From Candidatus Woesearchaeota archaeon (GTDB taxonomy: Archaea > Nanobdellota > Nanobdellia > Pacearchaeales > GW2011-AR1), in assembly GCA_964516745.1 (NCBI GenBank), contig CAZEYD010000003.1, positions 2,607 to 66,606 of the forward strand: DNA of 64,000 nt, read 5' to 3'. Position 1 is the stretch's first letter; every line of letters starts with the position of its first letter. Position numbers and translations under genes: made by a program. Below, piece by piece: positions 54,779 to 63,579 of the stretch. Under the pieces are notes generated by a model. The model did not search any database. It saw only the letters and a program-made list of their open reading frames with translations, and had not been told where the DNA came from.

Positions 54779-56170
54779 ATGATAAAAAGGAGACCTAAAC
54801 GTAGTAAGAAAGACATGACAAAGCTCATGCTAGAGGGAAATGTTTTGAAGGCGATTATTGCAATTTCACTTCCTATTGTTTTTACACATCTGTTGCAATC
54901 TCTTTATCAGTTGACGGATACTTTTTGGGTTGGTCGTCTTGGAGCTAATGCTGTTGCGGCTGTTTCTATGAGTTTCCCTATTTTGTTTTTCTTGATTTCA
55001 TTTATTATTGGGTTGACGATTGCTGGATCTATTTTGATTGCTCAGTATAATGGAAAAGGTGATAAGAAAAATAGAGATACTGTTTTTTCGCAAACACTGT
55101 CAATGACTGTTTTACTTTCTTTGGTACTAACTGTTGTTGGATTAATTTGTAGTAAGTTTTTTGTTGGTCTGATGACGAAAGATCCTGTGATTTTTGCTCA
55201 GGCTGTTGGCTATTTGAACATTTCATTTCTTGGTTTGATTTTTGCATTTGTGTATAATACATTTCAGGCTTCATTGCGTGGACTTGGTGAAGTCAAATTC
55301 CCTATGTATGTTATTCTTTTTACTGTTACTTTGAATTTTTTATTAGATCCTTTGCTTATGTTTGGATTTGGTCCGATTAAGGGAATGGGTGTTAATGGTG
55401 TTGCGTGGGCAACCTTTGCGACACAAGCTCTTTCTGCTATTATCGGGATGTTCTTTCTTATTAGGGGAAAATATCATCTTAAATTAATTCCAAGACAATT
55501 AATCCCTCATAAAGTTTGGTTTAAAAAATTGTTTTTTATGGGATTGCCAACGTCTATTGAACAATCGTCTAGAGCTTTTTCTAATATCATTATGACTGGA
55601 ATGGCTGCGGCTTTTGGAACTATATTTTTAGCGGCTTTTGGTATTGGATCTAGGATATTTATTTTAGTTATCATTCCTGCACTTGCTATTTCTATTGGAA
55701 TATCGACTTTAGTTGGAAATAACTTAGGTGCGAAGAAGATTGAACGAGCAGAGAAAATTACTAATATTGGTGGATTGTTGAGTTTTGGTATCCTTAGTTT
55801 TGTTGGTTTAGTTATTATTCTTTTTGCTAAACATATTGTAGGATTTTTTATTCCTGGGGAAACAACTGTAATTGTTGAGGCTGTTAGATTTTTAATTTGT
55901 GCTTCGCTTTCATTTGGTTTTATAGGATATCAAATGGTTTTAATTGGGACAATTCGTGGGGCGGGCAAAACAATGCTTGCAATGTTTGTGTCGCTTGTTC
56001 AGATTGTAATGATGATTGCTACTGCTATTGTTTTGACTAAAGTTTTTCAGATGGGACCTTTTGGACTTTGGTTAGCTTATCCTATCTCTAATTTTGTCGG
56101 TGCTTTTGTTGCGCTTGTTGCTTATAGAACTGGAACTTGGAAACATAAGAATTTGGTTGGGCATTCTTGA
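54779..56170 (+). CDS. MATE-family efflux transporter
   Basis: It is 463 aa with ~12 TM helices in two 6-TM halves. The N-terminal pattern (PIVFTHLLQSLYQLTDTFWVGRLG) is typical of MATE/NorM-DinF. Confidence 0.8.
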   Translation: MIKRRPKRSKKDMTKLMLEGNVLKAIIAISLPIVFTHLLQSLYQLTDTFWVGRLGANAVAAVSMSFPILFFLISFIIGLTIAGSILIAQYNGKGDKKNRDTVFSQTLSMTVLLSLVLTVVGLICSKFFVGLMTKDPVIFAQAVGYLNISFLGLIFAFVYNTFQASLRGLGEVKFPMYVILFTVTLNFLLDPLLMFGFGPIKGMGVNGVAWATFATQALSAIIGMFFLIRGKYHLKLIPRQLIPHKVWFKKLFFMGLPTSIEQSSRAFSNIIMTGMAAAFGTIFLAAFGIGSRIFILVIIPALAISIGISTLVGNNLGAKKIERAEKITNIGGLLSFGILSFVGLVIILFAKHIVGFFIPGETTVIVEAVRFLICASLSFGFIGYQMVLIGTIRGAGKTMLAMFVSLVQIVMMIATAIVLTKVFQMGPFGLWLAYPISNFVGAFVALVAYRTGTWKHKNLVGHS

Positions 56171-56206
56171 TAATGTTGTAAAGATTTTAAAAATTAATAT
56201 TATCGT

Positions 56207-56368
56207 TTATTTTTTATGTTTTTTTATAATTATTAAAGATATTGTTAGTAATATAAAAGCCAAAGCAGTTCCAGCATAAGCAAGAAAATTTGTTTCTGGT
56301 TCTGGGAATAGAAATAGAGTTGTAATTCCGATTACTATAGTTATATAGATTAAATATTGAATTTTCAT
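56207..56368 (-). CDS. Possible small (53 aa) two-TM membrane protein, absent from the ORF track
   Basis: The minus strand from the ATG at 56368 reads MKIQYLIYITIVIGITTLFLFPEPETNFLAYAGTALAFILLTISLIIIKKHKK-stop. It lies in an otherwise empty 334-bp intergenic region. Confidence 0.3.
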   Translation of the reverse strand: MKIQYLIYITIVIGITTLFLFPEPETNFLAYAGTALAFILLTISLIIIKKHKK

Positions 56369-56504
56369 ACATTTGTGTGAGATTTTAGATTTATATAAAT
56401 GTTTTTGAGTACTTGTCTTGAGTCATATATTACTCAATGTTTGGGTTTAGGAAGTTTGGAATAAAACTCGTTAAATATAAAAGTAAAATGGGTATTCTGT
56501 TGTT

Positions 56505-56987
56505 ATGAAAAAAGAACTAACATGTCTATTAATAGATCCACGTGAAAATGCTTACGAATCAGAATCTGAAAGTTTTAAAGAAAGAATAGATTATTGGATA
56601 AACAAATATACTTCTGAAAGGCAATTATCTGGTGTCATTCATAGTTATGAAACTTGGTTCCATATAGATGATGACTCTTCTTTCAAACCTGAAAAATCAG
56701 ATATTTTGATAAATCCTCTTTTGGATTATATGGATAATGACCATGATGAATATATTGTTGATATTGATAATGTTATGTATGCTGCTCAAATTCAAGAAAA
56801 AAACTCAAAACTGCTTTGTATTTTTACCTTACATCCTCAAGATTTTAGTTGGTCTTTAGATTCTGAGATAGAAAACCTTCAAAGTGAAATGAAGCGTCAA
56901 TTACCAAATTTCAAAGGAATATATGTTAATGAAGAAAATCTGGATTATTCGGGTTTTGTTAGCTTGATAGAAACGCATCTTTCTTAG
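56505..56987 (+). CDS. Hypothetical acidic protein
   Basis: 160-aa ORF. No motif recognised. Confidence 0.35.
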   Translation: MKKELTCLLIDPRENAYESESESFKERIDYWINKYTSERQLSGVIHSYETWFHIDDDSSFKPEKSDILINPLLDYMDNDHDEYIVDIDNVMYAAQIQEKNSKLLCIFTLHPQDFSWSLDSEIENLQSEMKRQLPNFKGIYVNEENLDYSGFVSLIETHLS

Positions 56988-57065
56988 TAGTACTTTACGG
57001 ATTGGTGTTTAATATTGGATTCCAAAAACTAAAAACTTTATAAAATGTGATTTCTATTTTATTAT

Positions 57066-58724
57066 ATGACAATTTTAAATATGAATAGAAAAGAGCTTGA
57101 GAAATATATTGGTCCGTTAACACAGAGGATGCAAGATAGTATTACTGATATGGGTACGCCGATCGAGGAAGTTACTAAAGATGATGTTTCCGTTGAGATT
57201 TTTCCTAATCGTCCTGATTTATTATCTGTTCATAATTTTGCTCGTGCTGTTAATCAATATAATGAGAAAGGGAAAATTGCTTCTTTTAAGATAAATGCGC
57301 CTAGAAAAAATTATGTTGTAAAGATTGAGAAATCTGTCAAAAGTGTTAGGCCTTATACTGTTTGTGCTATTATTCGTGGAATTAACTTTAATGATGAAAA
57401 AATTAAAGATGTGATTGATATTCAGGAGAAATTACACAATTCTATTGGTCGTAAAAGGAAAAAGTTAGCTATTGGTATTTATCCAATGGAACATATTACT
57501 TTGCCTATTACTTTCAAGGCCGATAAACCTGAGAATATTAAATTTCAACCTTTGGAATTTCCTAGAGTTATTAATGCTAAACAAATTTTAAAACAACATC
57601 CTACTGGTCGTGAGTATGCTAATTTGTTAAAGGGTTATAAAGAATTTCCGTTTTTTGTTGATGCTAACGGTGAAATTCTAAGTGTTCCACCTATTATCAA
57701 TTCAGATAAGACTGGTAGAATAACGAATAAAACTAAGGATGTTTTTATTGAGTGTTCTGGTCATAATTTACATTATTTGCAAAAAACTTTGAATATTATG
57801 GTTGCTGCTTTTTCAGCAATGGGTGGAAAAATCTTTGCAATGAGAATTGTAGATAAACAAGAAAAGAACCTTGTAACACCTGATATGGCTATGACCAAAA
57901 TGAATTTTAAAATTAGTGATATTAACAAAACTCTTGGATTAGAATTGAATGAGAAAAATATTATCAAATATTTATCTAAAATGGGTCTTGGGTTTCAAAA
58001 ACATCGTGGAGTTACTTCTGCTTTAGTTCCTGCTTATAGAACCGATATTTTGCATTGGATTGATTTGACAGAAGAAGTTGCTATTGCTTATGGTTATAAT
58101 AATTTTGACCCTATTATCCCAAAGATTTCAACTATTGCTGAAGAAGATCCTAATGCTATTGTGAAACGAAGAATTGCTAATATTTTAGTTGGTTTAAAAC
58201 TATTTGAAATTTCATCTTTTCATTTAACAACTAAAAAAAATACGAAAAAGATCCATTTTAATTTTAACGACTTTATTGAATTGGAAGACTCTAAGACTGA
58301 AAAAGATACTTTAAGACATGATTTGTTAACTAATCAATTACAGGTTTTATCTGATAATTCTGATTCAAGTTACCCACAAAAGATTTTTGAAATCGGGACT
58401 GTTTTTGAGAAAGATGATTCTAGTAATACTGGTGTTAAAGAAACTGAACATCTAGCTATTTCATTAATTGACGAATCTGTTAATTTTACTGAATTAAAAC
58501 AGGTGCTGGATTATTTATTTAAAATGTTGGATATTAAATATAAAATTGAGAATGATGATGAACATCCCGCTTACATTAATGGTAGAGCTGGAATAATTAG
58601 AATAGATGGAAAAGTTATTGGTCATATTGGTGAGATTTGTCCTCGTGTTTTGAATAATTGGAAGATTAAGATGCCAATTGTTGCATTGGAGATTGATATT
58701 AGTTTTTTATTGAAGAAAAGTTAG
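57066..58724 (+). CDS. pheT: Phenylalanyl-tRNA synthetase beta subunit, archaeal type
   Basis: The N-terminal pattern (...ELEKYIG...VEIFPNRPDLLSVHNFARAV) matches archaeal PheT B1/B3-4 domains. Its size (552 aa) and C-terminal class-II-like domain agree. Confidence 0.85.
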   Translation: MTILNMNRKELEKYIGPLTQRMQDSITDMGTPIEEVTKDDVSVEIFPNRPDLLSVHNFARAVNQYNEKGKIASFKINAPRKNYVVKIEKSVKSVRPYTVCAIIRGINFNDEKIKDVIDIQEKLHNSIGRKRKKLAIGIYPMEHITLPITFKADKPENIKFQPLEFPRVINAKQILKQHPTGREYANLLKGYKEFPFFVDANGEILSVPPIINSDKTGRITNKTKDVFIECSGHNLHYLQKTLNIMVAAFSAMGGKIFAMRIVDKQEKNLVTPDMAMTKMNFKISDINKTLGLELNEKNIIKYLSKMGLGFQKHRGVTSALVPAYRTDILHWIDLTEEVAIAYGYNNFDPIIPKISTIAEEDPNAIVKRRIANILVGLKLFEISSFHLTTKKNTKKIHFNFNDFIELEDSKTEKDTLRHDLLTNQLQVLSDNSDSSYPQKIFEIGTVFEKDDSSNTGVKETEHLAISLIDESVNFTELKQVLDYLFKMLDIKYKIENDDEHPAYINGRAGIIRIDGKVIGHIGEICPRVLNNWKIKMPIVALEIDISFLLKKS

Positions 58725-58734
58725 AAGTACTTTT

Positions 58735-58998
58735 TTAGATATTATTTTCTGTCCATTCTTTTATATCTCTTTCTAAACCAGTCCCAGAAACAATGACATG
58801 ATAATTGTCAATTGCATATTTCAAATCTGTAACAATCTCCATAATACAATGTTTTTCAGTTTCCTCTATTAATTTTTTCGTTGCATCAGAAAAAGTTTCA
58901 CCTTCATACCTTAATCCAATCATTTTATATTCTGATAATTTTTTATCTTGAGAACTTGCATAATCTCCGGCAGAAGACGTAAGCAATTCTATTGTCAT
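58735..58998 (-). CDS. Hypothetical small protein
   Basis: 87-aa ORF. No motif recognised. Confidence 0.3.
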   Translation of the reverse strand: MTIELLTSSAGDYASSQDKKLSEYKMIGLRYEGETFSDATKKLIEETEKHCIMEIVTDLKYAIDNYHVIVSGTGLERDIKEWTENNI

Positions 58999-59034
58999 AA
59001 AAATATAATGAAAAATAACTTTATAAATTTTTGT

Positions 59035-59517
59035 TTATCCAAAATATCCGTTTTTAACAGATTCCTTTTCTTCTTCTTTTTTAAAATCTATTTTATCCAA
59101 AAGATTTAAGATTTGACATTTTAATTCCTGCCATTTGTCAAAACCATTATTTAAAAATTCTGATTCCAGTTGTTCAGAATAGATTGTGTCTAACTTCATT
59201 GATTGTACTTGAAATATTGATAATTCTTTATATATTTCTTTAATTAATTTTTTATCTTCCTCGGATATATTTCTTAATAAAGAATAAACAAACATAGGTG
59301 AAGATGTTGGGTTTTTTAGTAATTCGAATAGTTGTAAGTATGCTGAGAATTTTTGTCCCATGATTTTTCTGATATCCCTTATTAAAAACTGGTTTTCTTC
59401 TTCTAGGTGTTTTGCTACTTCAAAATCTTCATTTAGTTTCTCAAAATCTGGTAAAGTATAATCTAATTTATTGTATTCTTCTTTTAACGTGATGTAATCT
59501 GTTTTTTCTTCTTCCAT
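59035..59517 (-). CDS. Hypothetical protein (start moved to MEEEKTD)
   Basis: The track ORF extends to 59634, but its first 39 codons (Pro/Gly/Arg-rich) run through the GC-rich RNA-like segment. The ATG at 59517 starts composition typical of this genome. Confidence 0.4.
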   Translation of the reverse strand: MEEEKTDYITLKEEYNKLDYTLPDFEKLNEDFEVAKHLEEENQFLIRDIRKIMGQKFSAYLQLFELLKNPTSSPMFVYSLLRNISEEDKKLIKEIYKELSIFQVQSMKLDTIYSEQLESEFLNNGFDKWQELKCQILNLLDKIDFKKEEEKESVKNGYFG

Positions 59518-59551
59518 GATATTGTTGAGTTTTGAAGTTTTATAAGGTTTT

Positions 59552-59668
59552 GGGGACGGGCTGGGAGTACAACGAGTTGTACCTCGCTGAAACGGTAAAC
59601 CATTTCCGGGCGCTCGAAAATTGAGTAAACCCAATTTAGAGAAACGAACTCTTATCGTTCGATTCCCC
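59552..59668 (-). rRNA. Candidate divergent 5S rRNA (117 nt)
   Basis: This is a GC-enriched 117-nt segment 15 nt downstream of tRNA-Phe on the same strand. The minus strand contains ACUCAAUUUUCGAGCGCCCGGAAAUGGUUUACC, resembling the remembered archaeal 5S helix III/loop C region ACUCAUUUCGAACCCGGAAGUUAAGCC. It can be drawn as a three-way junction: termini GGGGA/UCCCC, a long arm 9-80, and a hairpin GUACAA-CUCG-UUGUAC. Confidence 0.45.
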
Positions 59669-59683
59669 TAGATAAATAGAGGA

Positions 59684-59755
59684 TGGGGCTGGGGAGAATC
59701 GAACTCCCTACACCACGGTCTTCAGCCGTGTGCTCTCCCAATGAGCTACAGCCCC
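59684..59755 (-). tRNA. tRNA-Phe (anticodon GAA)
   Basis: The minus strand reads GGGGCTG-TA-GCTC-ATTGGGA-GAGC-A-CACGG-CTGAAGA-CCGTG-GTGTA-GGGAG-TTCGATT-CTCCC-CAGCCCC-A. It forms a perfect 7-bp acceptor stem and a full cloverleaf of 72 nt. Confidence 0.9.
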
Positions 59756-59808
59756 AATGTTATGAGGAGAAGATAAACCTTTTTAAAGTTTCTTGATTTA
59801 TTATTTCT

Positions 59809-60315
59809 ATGTGGTTATTAGGCTTTCTTGTGGCGATTATTTATTTACCGATTTTTATATTTTGGATTAATTCTGATTTTAGAAAGAGATTTTCTGAGGT
59901 GACTTCGTTTGGACATGATCAGTGGATTGAGGTTATTATTGGACTATTGTATGGTGTGATTATTATTAATGGTTTTATGTTGAATTTGGTTTCTTCGTTA
60001 TTTGGAATCATTTCTGGTGCTTTAATTTATTTGTTTGGTTTATCTATGACACTTAGGGGATATTGGGACTTTTGTTTTAACGATGGATTGATTACAACTG
60101 GAGTTTTTGCTCGTTCTAGGAATCCTACTTATGTTTTTGGATTTGTTGCTATTTTTGGGGTTGTGTTGATGACGAGGGCTTTGGGATTACTTATTGCTGT
60201 TTGTATTTTGTTGTTGTTAACTCATAAGATTATATTGAATGAGGAAAAAGCTTTGGGAAAAAAGTATGGGAAGAAGTACGAACAGTATAAGAAAAAAGTT
60301 GCGAGATATTTTTAG
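59809..60315 (+). CDS. Isoprenylcysteine carboxyl methyltransferase / phospholipid methyltransferase-family membrane protein
   Basis: It has multiple TM helices and the C-terminal signature RSRNPTYVFG...H..ILNEEKALGKKYGKKYEQYKKKV. Confidence 0.65.
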   Translation: MWLLGFLVAIIYLPIFIFWINSDFRKRFSEVTSFGHDQWIEVIIGLLYGVIIINGFMLNLVSSLFGIISGALIYLFGLSMTLRGYWDFCFNDGLITTGVFARSRNPTYVFGFVAIFGVVLMTRALGLLIAVCILLLLTHKIILNEEKALGKKYGKKYEQYKKKVARYF

Positions 60316-60443
60316 GCTCTCTTTTTTGTAAAAAAGATCCCCTGGAGAGAAAAAGCTTATTGTTAAATGTTTTACATTTAATGTATTTATCATCCATAGT
60401 CTTACTACATAATCCTTAAATAAAAAAATCTTTTTCATGTAAA

Positions 60444-61103
60444 ATGAATAAATTATTTATATTTGATATGGATGGTGTAATAGCAAATACAGAAGAGGCA
60501 TATATAGATGCTTTTCGTAATCTAGGACATAATATTAAAATTGATAAAAAAAGATGGTTTAATGAATTTCCAGGAACTGGTCCTCATTATGTTATTTCAA
60601 CCCTTTTTGAAGAGAACAATTATAAATCAACAGAAAAAATAGAATACTGGATTGATTTATGGAAAAAGGAATATGAATCTATTATAAAGAAGGGAGACAT
60701 AAAACCAATTGAGGGATTTTTGAATTTCAATAAACAACTTAATGATATTAATATTCCGAAAATAATCGCGACAGGAAGTCATACAAAGAATGCATTACTG
60801 GTTCTTCAATTATTTAATATTGTAGATGAATTTGATATTGTTGGTTCTGAAGACGTTAAAGCAAGGAAACCTAATCCTGACTTATTTCTTGAAGCTGCAA
60901 GAAGACTTGATTATCAACCAAAAGATTGTATTGTTTTTGAAGACTCTCTTGTTGGAATACAGGCAGCGAAGGCTGCAGGAATGAAATGTGTTGCAGTTGC
61001 TAGCACTTTTTCAAGAGATATTTTAGAAAAGGAGAATCCGGATTTAATAATAAATAATTATGTAGATGTAAATCCAAAAGATATTTTAAATTATATAAAA
61101 TAA
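60444..61103 (+). CDS. HAD-superfamily hydrolase (beta-phosphoglucomutase-like subfamily IA)
   Basis: HAD motifs: I FDMDGVIANTEE, II IATGS, III KARKPNPDLF, IV FEDSLVGIQAAKAAGM. Confidence 0.8.
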   Translation: MNKLFIFDMDGVIANTEEAYIDAFRNLGHNIKIDKKRWFNEFPGTGPHYVISTLFEENNYKSTEKIEYWIDLWKKEYESIIKKGDIKPIEGFLNFNKQLNDINIPKIIATGSHTKNALLVLQLFNIVDEFDIVGSEDVKARKPNPDLFLEAARRLDYQPKDCIVFEDSLVGIQAAKAAGMKCVAVASTFSRDILEKENPDLIINNYVDVNPKDILNYIK

Positions 61104-61105
61104 AA

Positions 61106-61501
61106 ACCAGTGGGAAATAGGCCACATTCTGTTAAACGCTGTCTCTTGTGAGCAGACCGTTTATGCTAATATCTGACTAAGCCCGGGTTATACCGGTTGC
61201 ATCAATTAGGGTGCTCGTTCCATCAATTCTTTTGTCATTGTCTGTTGCTTACCTTTAAGTTAATTTAATTGTTGCCAACTAAACCACATTAAAGCCCAAC
61301 TTCACTCTAAACAAAAGCTGTGTCGTTTCTATCTCAGAGCCCGACGTCGCCGCCGACCATTTTAATGGCTAATTCCTATTTCTAAGCTTTGTTAATAAAT
61401 TAACAAAGGATGTGCGGACCTTCCTCGAAGAATTCATCAATCATTTAACATTGAGTGAACATTTAAGTTCTTGAATTCAACCATTAGCTATCCCACTGGT
61501 T
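61106..61501 (-). ncRNA. rnpB: RNase P RNA
   Basis: This is an ORF-free 436-bp gap. The termini pair perfectly (ACCAGUGGGA ... UCCCACUGGU, P1). On the minus strand, a CR-I-like GAGGAAGGUCCGCAC lies at plus 61412-61426. An AUAACCCGGGCUUA lies at plus 61178-61191, compared with the canonical ACAGAACCCGGCUUA. GGUAAGCAACAGA and ACAGAAUGUGG elements are also present. Confidence 0.75.
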
Positions 61502-61539
61502 AATATTATAGGTTTTTGGGAGTTTTTAAGAGTTTGGGA

Positions 61540-62652
61540 TTACACCATTCCTAGTTTTATTGCTATTAACATTCCAATTCCTAATACTAAAATGATAATC
61601 CCGGCTATTAGATGTAAAATCTTTAATTTTTTCTGCCGGAATTTTTCAGCTTTCTCTGTTGTTGTAAATCCGAAAAATATTCCTAAATTGATTAATATCA
61701 TTGGTGAAATAAAAATAAGATTATATAATAATAGTAAAAATATTGCGTATGATTTTGTTGTTGCTTGAGATAAAAGTCCTAAAATTACAATATATGGACC
61801 AGATGTACATGGTAGTAAGAAAAGACTTACTACAAATCCTACAGAAAAAGCACCAGGGACAGATGTTACACTTTTTAGTAAACTTTTCATTTTTGGTCTC
61901 CATGAATCTGGAACTTCCATTTTAAACCATTTACCATACCAAAGAAAATCTTTTAGATTAAATATACCGATAAAAATTGCTAGTATCGCTACTATTAAAT
62001 AAAAAGTATGACTGATACCCGTGGCTTGAATTGCCGTATAAAGTCCTATACCCATTAAAAAATATGATATAAAAATTGAAGATGAGAATGCTAAACCTGC
62101 AAATAAAGCCTTTTTTTTGTTTTTAGATACTAAAATTGTTGACATTAAAATTATTAGAACTGCAAATGCGCATGGATTTATAGCATCAACTAATGCTGCT
62201 GATAAAACTGCTGGAACTGTTAATTTTTGTAATTTTATTTTGTTATTAGTATTTACATTTTGTAGTGGATCTTCACATCCAAAAATTGAACAATTATTAA
62301 TGATTTCTTTTAATTCAAATTCTACATTATTATCAAACCCTACTAATATCTTATTATCAATAAATATGGTAGGAACTCCTTCTATGGTATAATTATAATA
62401 TTGAGCTATTTGATGAAATAATTCTCGCTCTTGATTATCAAAATATGTTTCATGTTCTTCTACAACTAATGTTGGATATTCATTTTGAAGTATTATTAAC
62501 GATTCTAACGCCTTTCCACAATGAGGACATCCCTCACCGTAAAAGATGTGGAGTGTTACCTCTGTTGACTCTTCTGTTATTGCAAAAACGAGATGAGTAC
62601 CCATTAATAGGACACCTAACAATATTATTACATTAATGTTTCTTTTTTTCAT
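61540..62652 (-). CDS. Thioredoxin-like domain fused to a CcdA/DsbD-family transmembrane thiol-disulfide electron transporter
   Basis: It has an N-terminal signal/TM and CxxC (GEGCPHCGKA). The membrane domain has DAINPCAF and LPCTSGPY motifs typical of the DsbD_2/CcdA family. Confidence 0.75.
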   Translation of the reverse strand: MKKRNINVIILLGVLLMGTHLVFAITEESTEVTLHIFYGEGCPHCGKALESLIILQNEYPTLVVEEHETYFDNQERELFHQIAQYYNYTIEGVPTIFIDNKILVGFDNNVEFELKEIINNCSIFGCEDPLQNVNTNNKIKLQKLTVPAVLSAALVDAINPCAFAVLIILMSTILVSKNKKKALFAGLAFSSSIFISYFLMGIGLYTAIQATGISHTFYLIVAILAIFIGIFNLKDFLWYGKWFKMEVPDSWRPKMKSLLKSVTSVPGAFSVGFVVSLFLLPCTSGPYIVILGLLSQATTKSYAIFLLLLYNLIFISPMILINLGIFFGFTTTEKAEKFRQKKLKILHLIAGIIILVLGIGMLIAIKLGMV

Positions 62653-62709
62653 GTATTACAATAGATGATACAACCTATATATATTTGTTTCAAAAAATGA
62701 AACAACTCT

Positions 62710-63195
62710 TTATTGAAGAAACAATTCCTTCATCTTTTTATTTAAAGAAATAGTATTCGTCATCCCATTTGGTGTTTTACATAATATATCTTTTTGTTCT
62801 AATTTTAATAATATTCTGGATACTTTTACTCTTGCAATCTTTGTATCTTTTACTATATTTGACTGTGATATCTCTCCACCTTTTTCTATAATTGCTCTAA
62901 CTACTTTTCTCATATCTGGATCTAAAAAGTTCAAAGTTATATCTATATTTTTGTTTAATTTAGAAATCTTTTTTTGATTTTTTTCTGATATAAAATAATA
63001 TAGCAAACTTCCTATAAATAACCCAAATAATGATAAAAGTATCATTACTAGTAAAAGTTCGTTCTTTTTACGACATTCTAAATTACAAAGAATCTTTTCA
63101 TTCAAATATACTATTGTAAAGAAAATAACTGTACCGAATCCTGAGCAAATTCCAAGGATTAACCATAATTCTAAAAATCTATTTTTGATTCTCAT
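62710..63195 (-). CDS. Membrane-anchored winged-helix (MarR/ArsR-like) putative regulator
   Basis: It has two N-terminal TM helices, then a wHTH-like segment VVRAIIEKGGEISQSNIVKDTKIARVKVSRILLKLEQKDIL. Confidence 0.45.
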   Translation of the reverse strand: MRIKNRFLELWLILGICSGFGTVIFFTIVYLNEKILCNLECRKKNELLLVMILLSLFGLFIGSLLYYFISEKNQKKISKLNKNIDITLNFLDPDMRKVVRAIIEKGGEISQSNIVKDTKIARVKVSRILLKLEQKDILCKTPNGMTNTISLNKKMKELFLQ

Positions 63196-63285
63196 AATGA
63201 ATAATACCCATGCTTATTATTAAAGTTTTCTTATGATATTTTTATAAACTAATATATGTCTTTGTTATCATTATTTATCTTTTAA

Positions 63286-63579
63286 TTATATTACTTCATT
63301 AACTCTTTTATCATTTTCTTCTTGGAATTTTATCCCCTTTTCATCTAAAGCTTTTTCCATATTGATTCCTATTTTGCCTGTTATTATTAATTTTACATTC
63401 TTTTCAGCTAACATGTATGCTACAGAAAATCCTGCACCGCCAGAACCCTTTGCGAATGGATTTTTTATTAATTCTATCATTTTTTTATCTTCAAAGATAA
63501 AATAATAAGGAGCTCTTCCACCATTTGTACTTATCTTTGAATCAACATCTTTTCCTTCAGAAGATATCGCTATTTTCAT
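63286..63579 (-). CDS. NifX/NifB-C-terminal-like (Nitro_FeMo-Co family) small protein
   Basis: MKIAISSEG...GGRAPYYFIFED...ELIKNPF...GGAGFSVAYMLAEKNVKLIITGKIGINMEKALDEKGIKF follows the family pattern MKIAv.s....v..hFG.a..f.i.d......i.N......G.G...a..l...gv..vi.g.iG..a...L...GI. Confidence 0.6.
   Translation of the reverse strand: MKIAISSEGKDVDSKISTNGGRAPYYFIFEDKKMIELIKNPFAKGSGGAGFSVAYMLAEKNVKLIITGKIGINMEKALDEKGIKFQEENDKRVNEVI

Noticed and set aside
56094-56279. 61-aa plus-strand ORF overlapping the end of the MATE gene.
   Set aside because: It is out of frame with, and overlaps, the MATE C-terminus. The remainder is better explained by a small minus-strand membrane ORF (56207-56368).
59518-59634. 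N-terminal 39 codons of ORF 59035-59634 (MGLLNFRAPGNGLPFQRGTTRCTPSPSPKPYKTSKLNNI).
   Set aside because: The composition (Pro/Gly/Arg/Thr) is unlike every other protein here, and the codons overlap the GC-rich structured segment I interpret as RNA. An ATG at 59517 gives a normal-looking protein.
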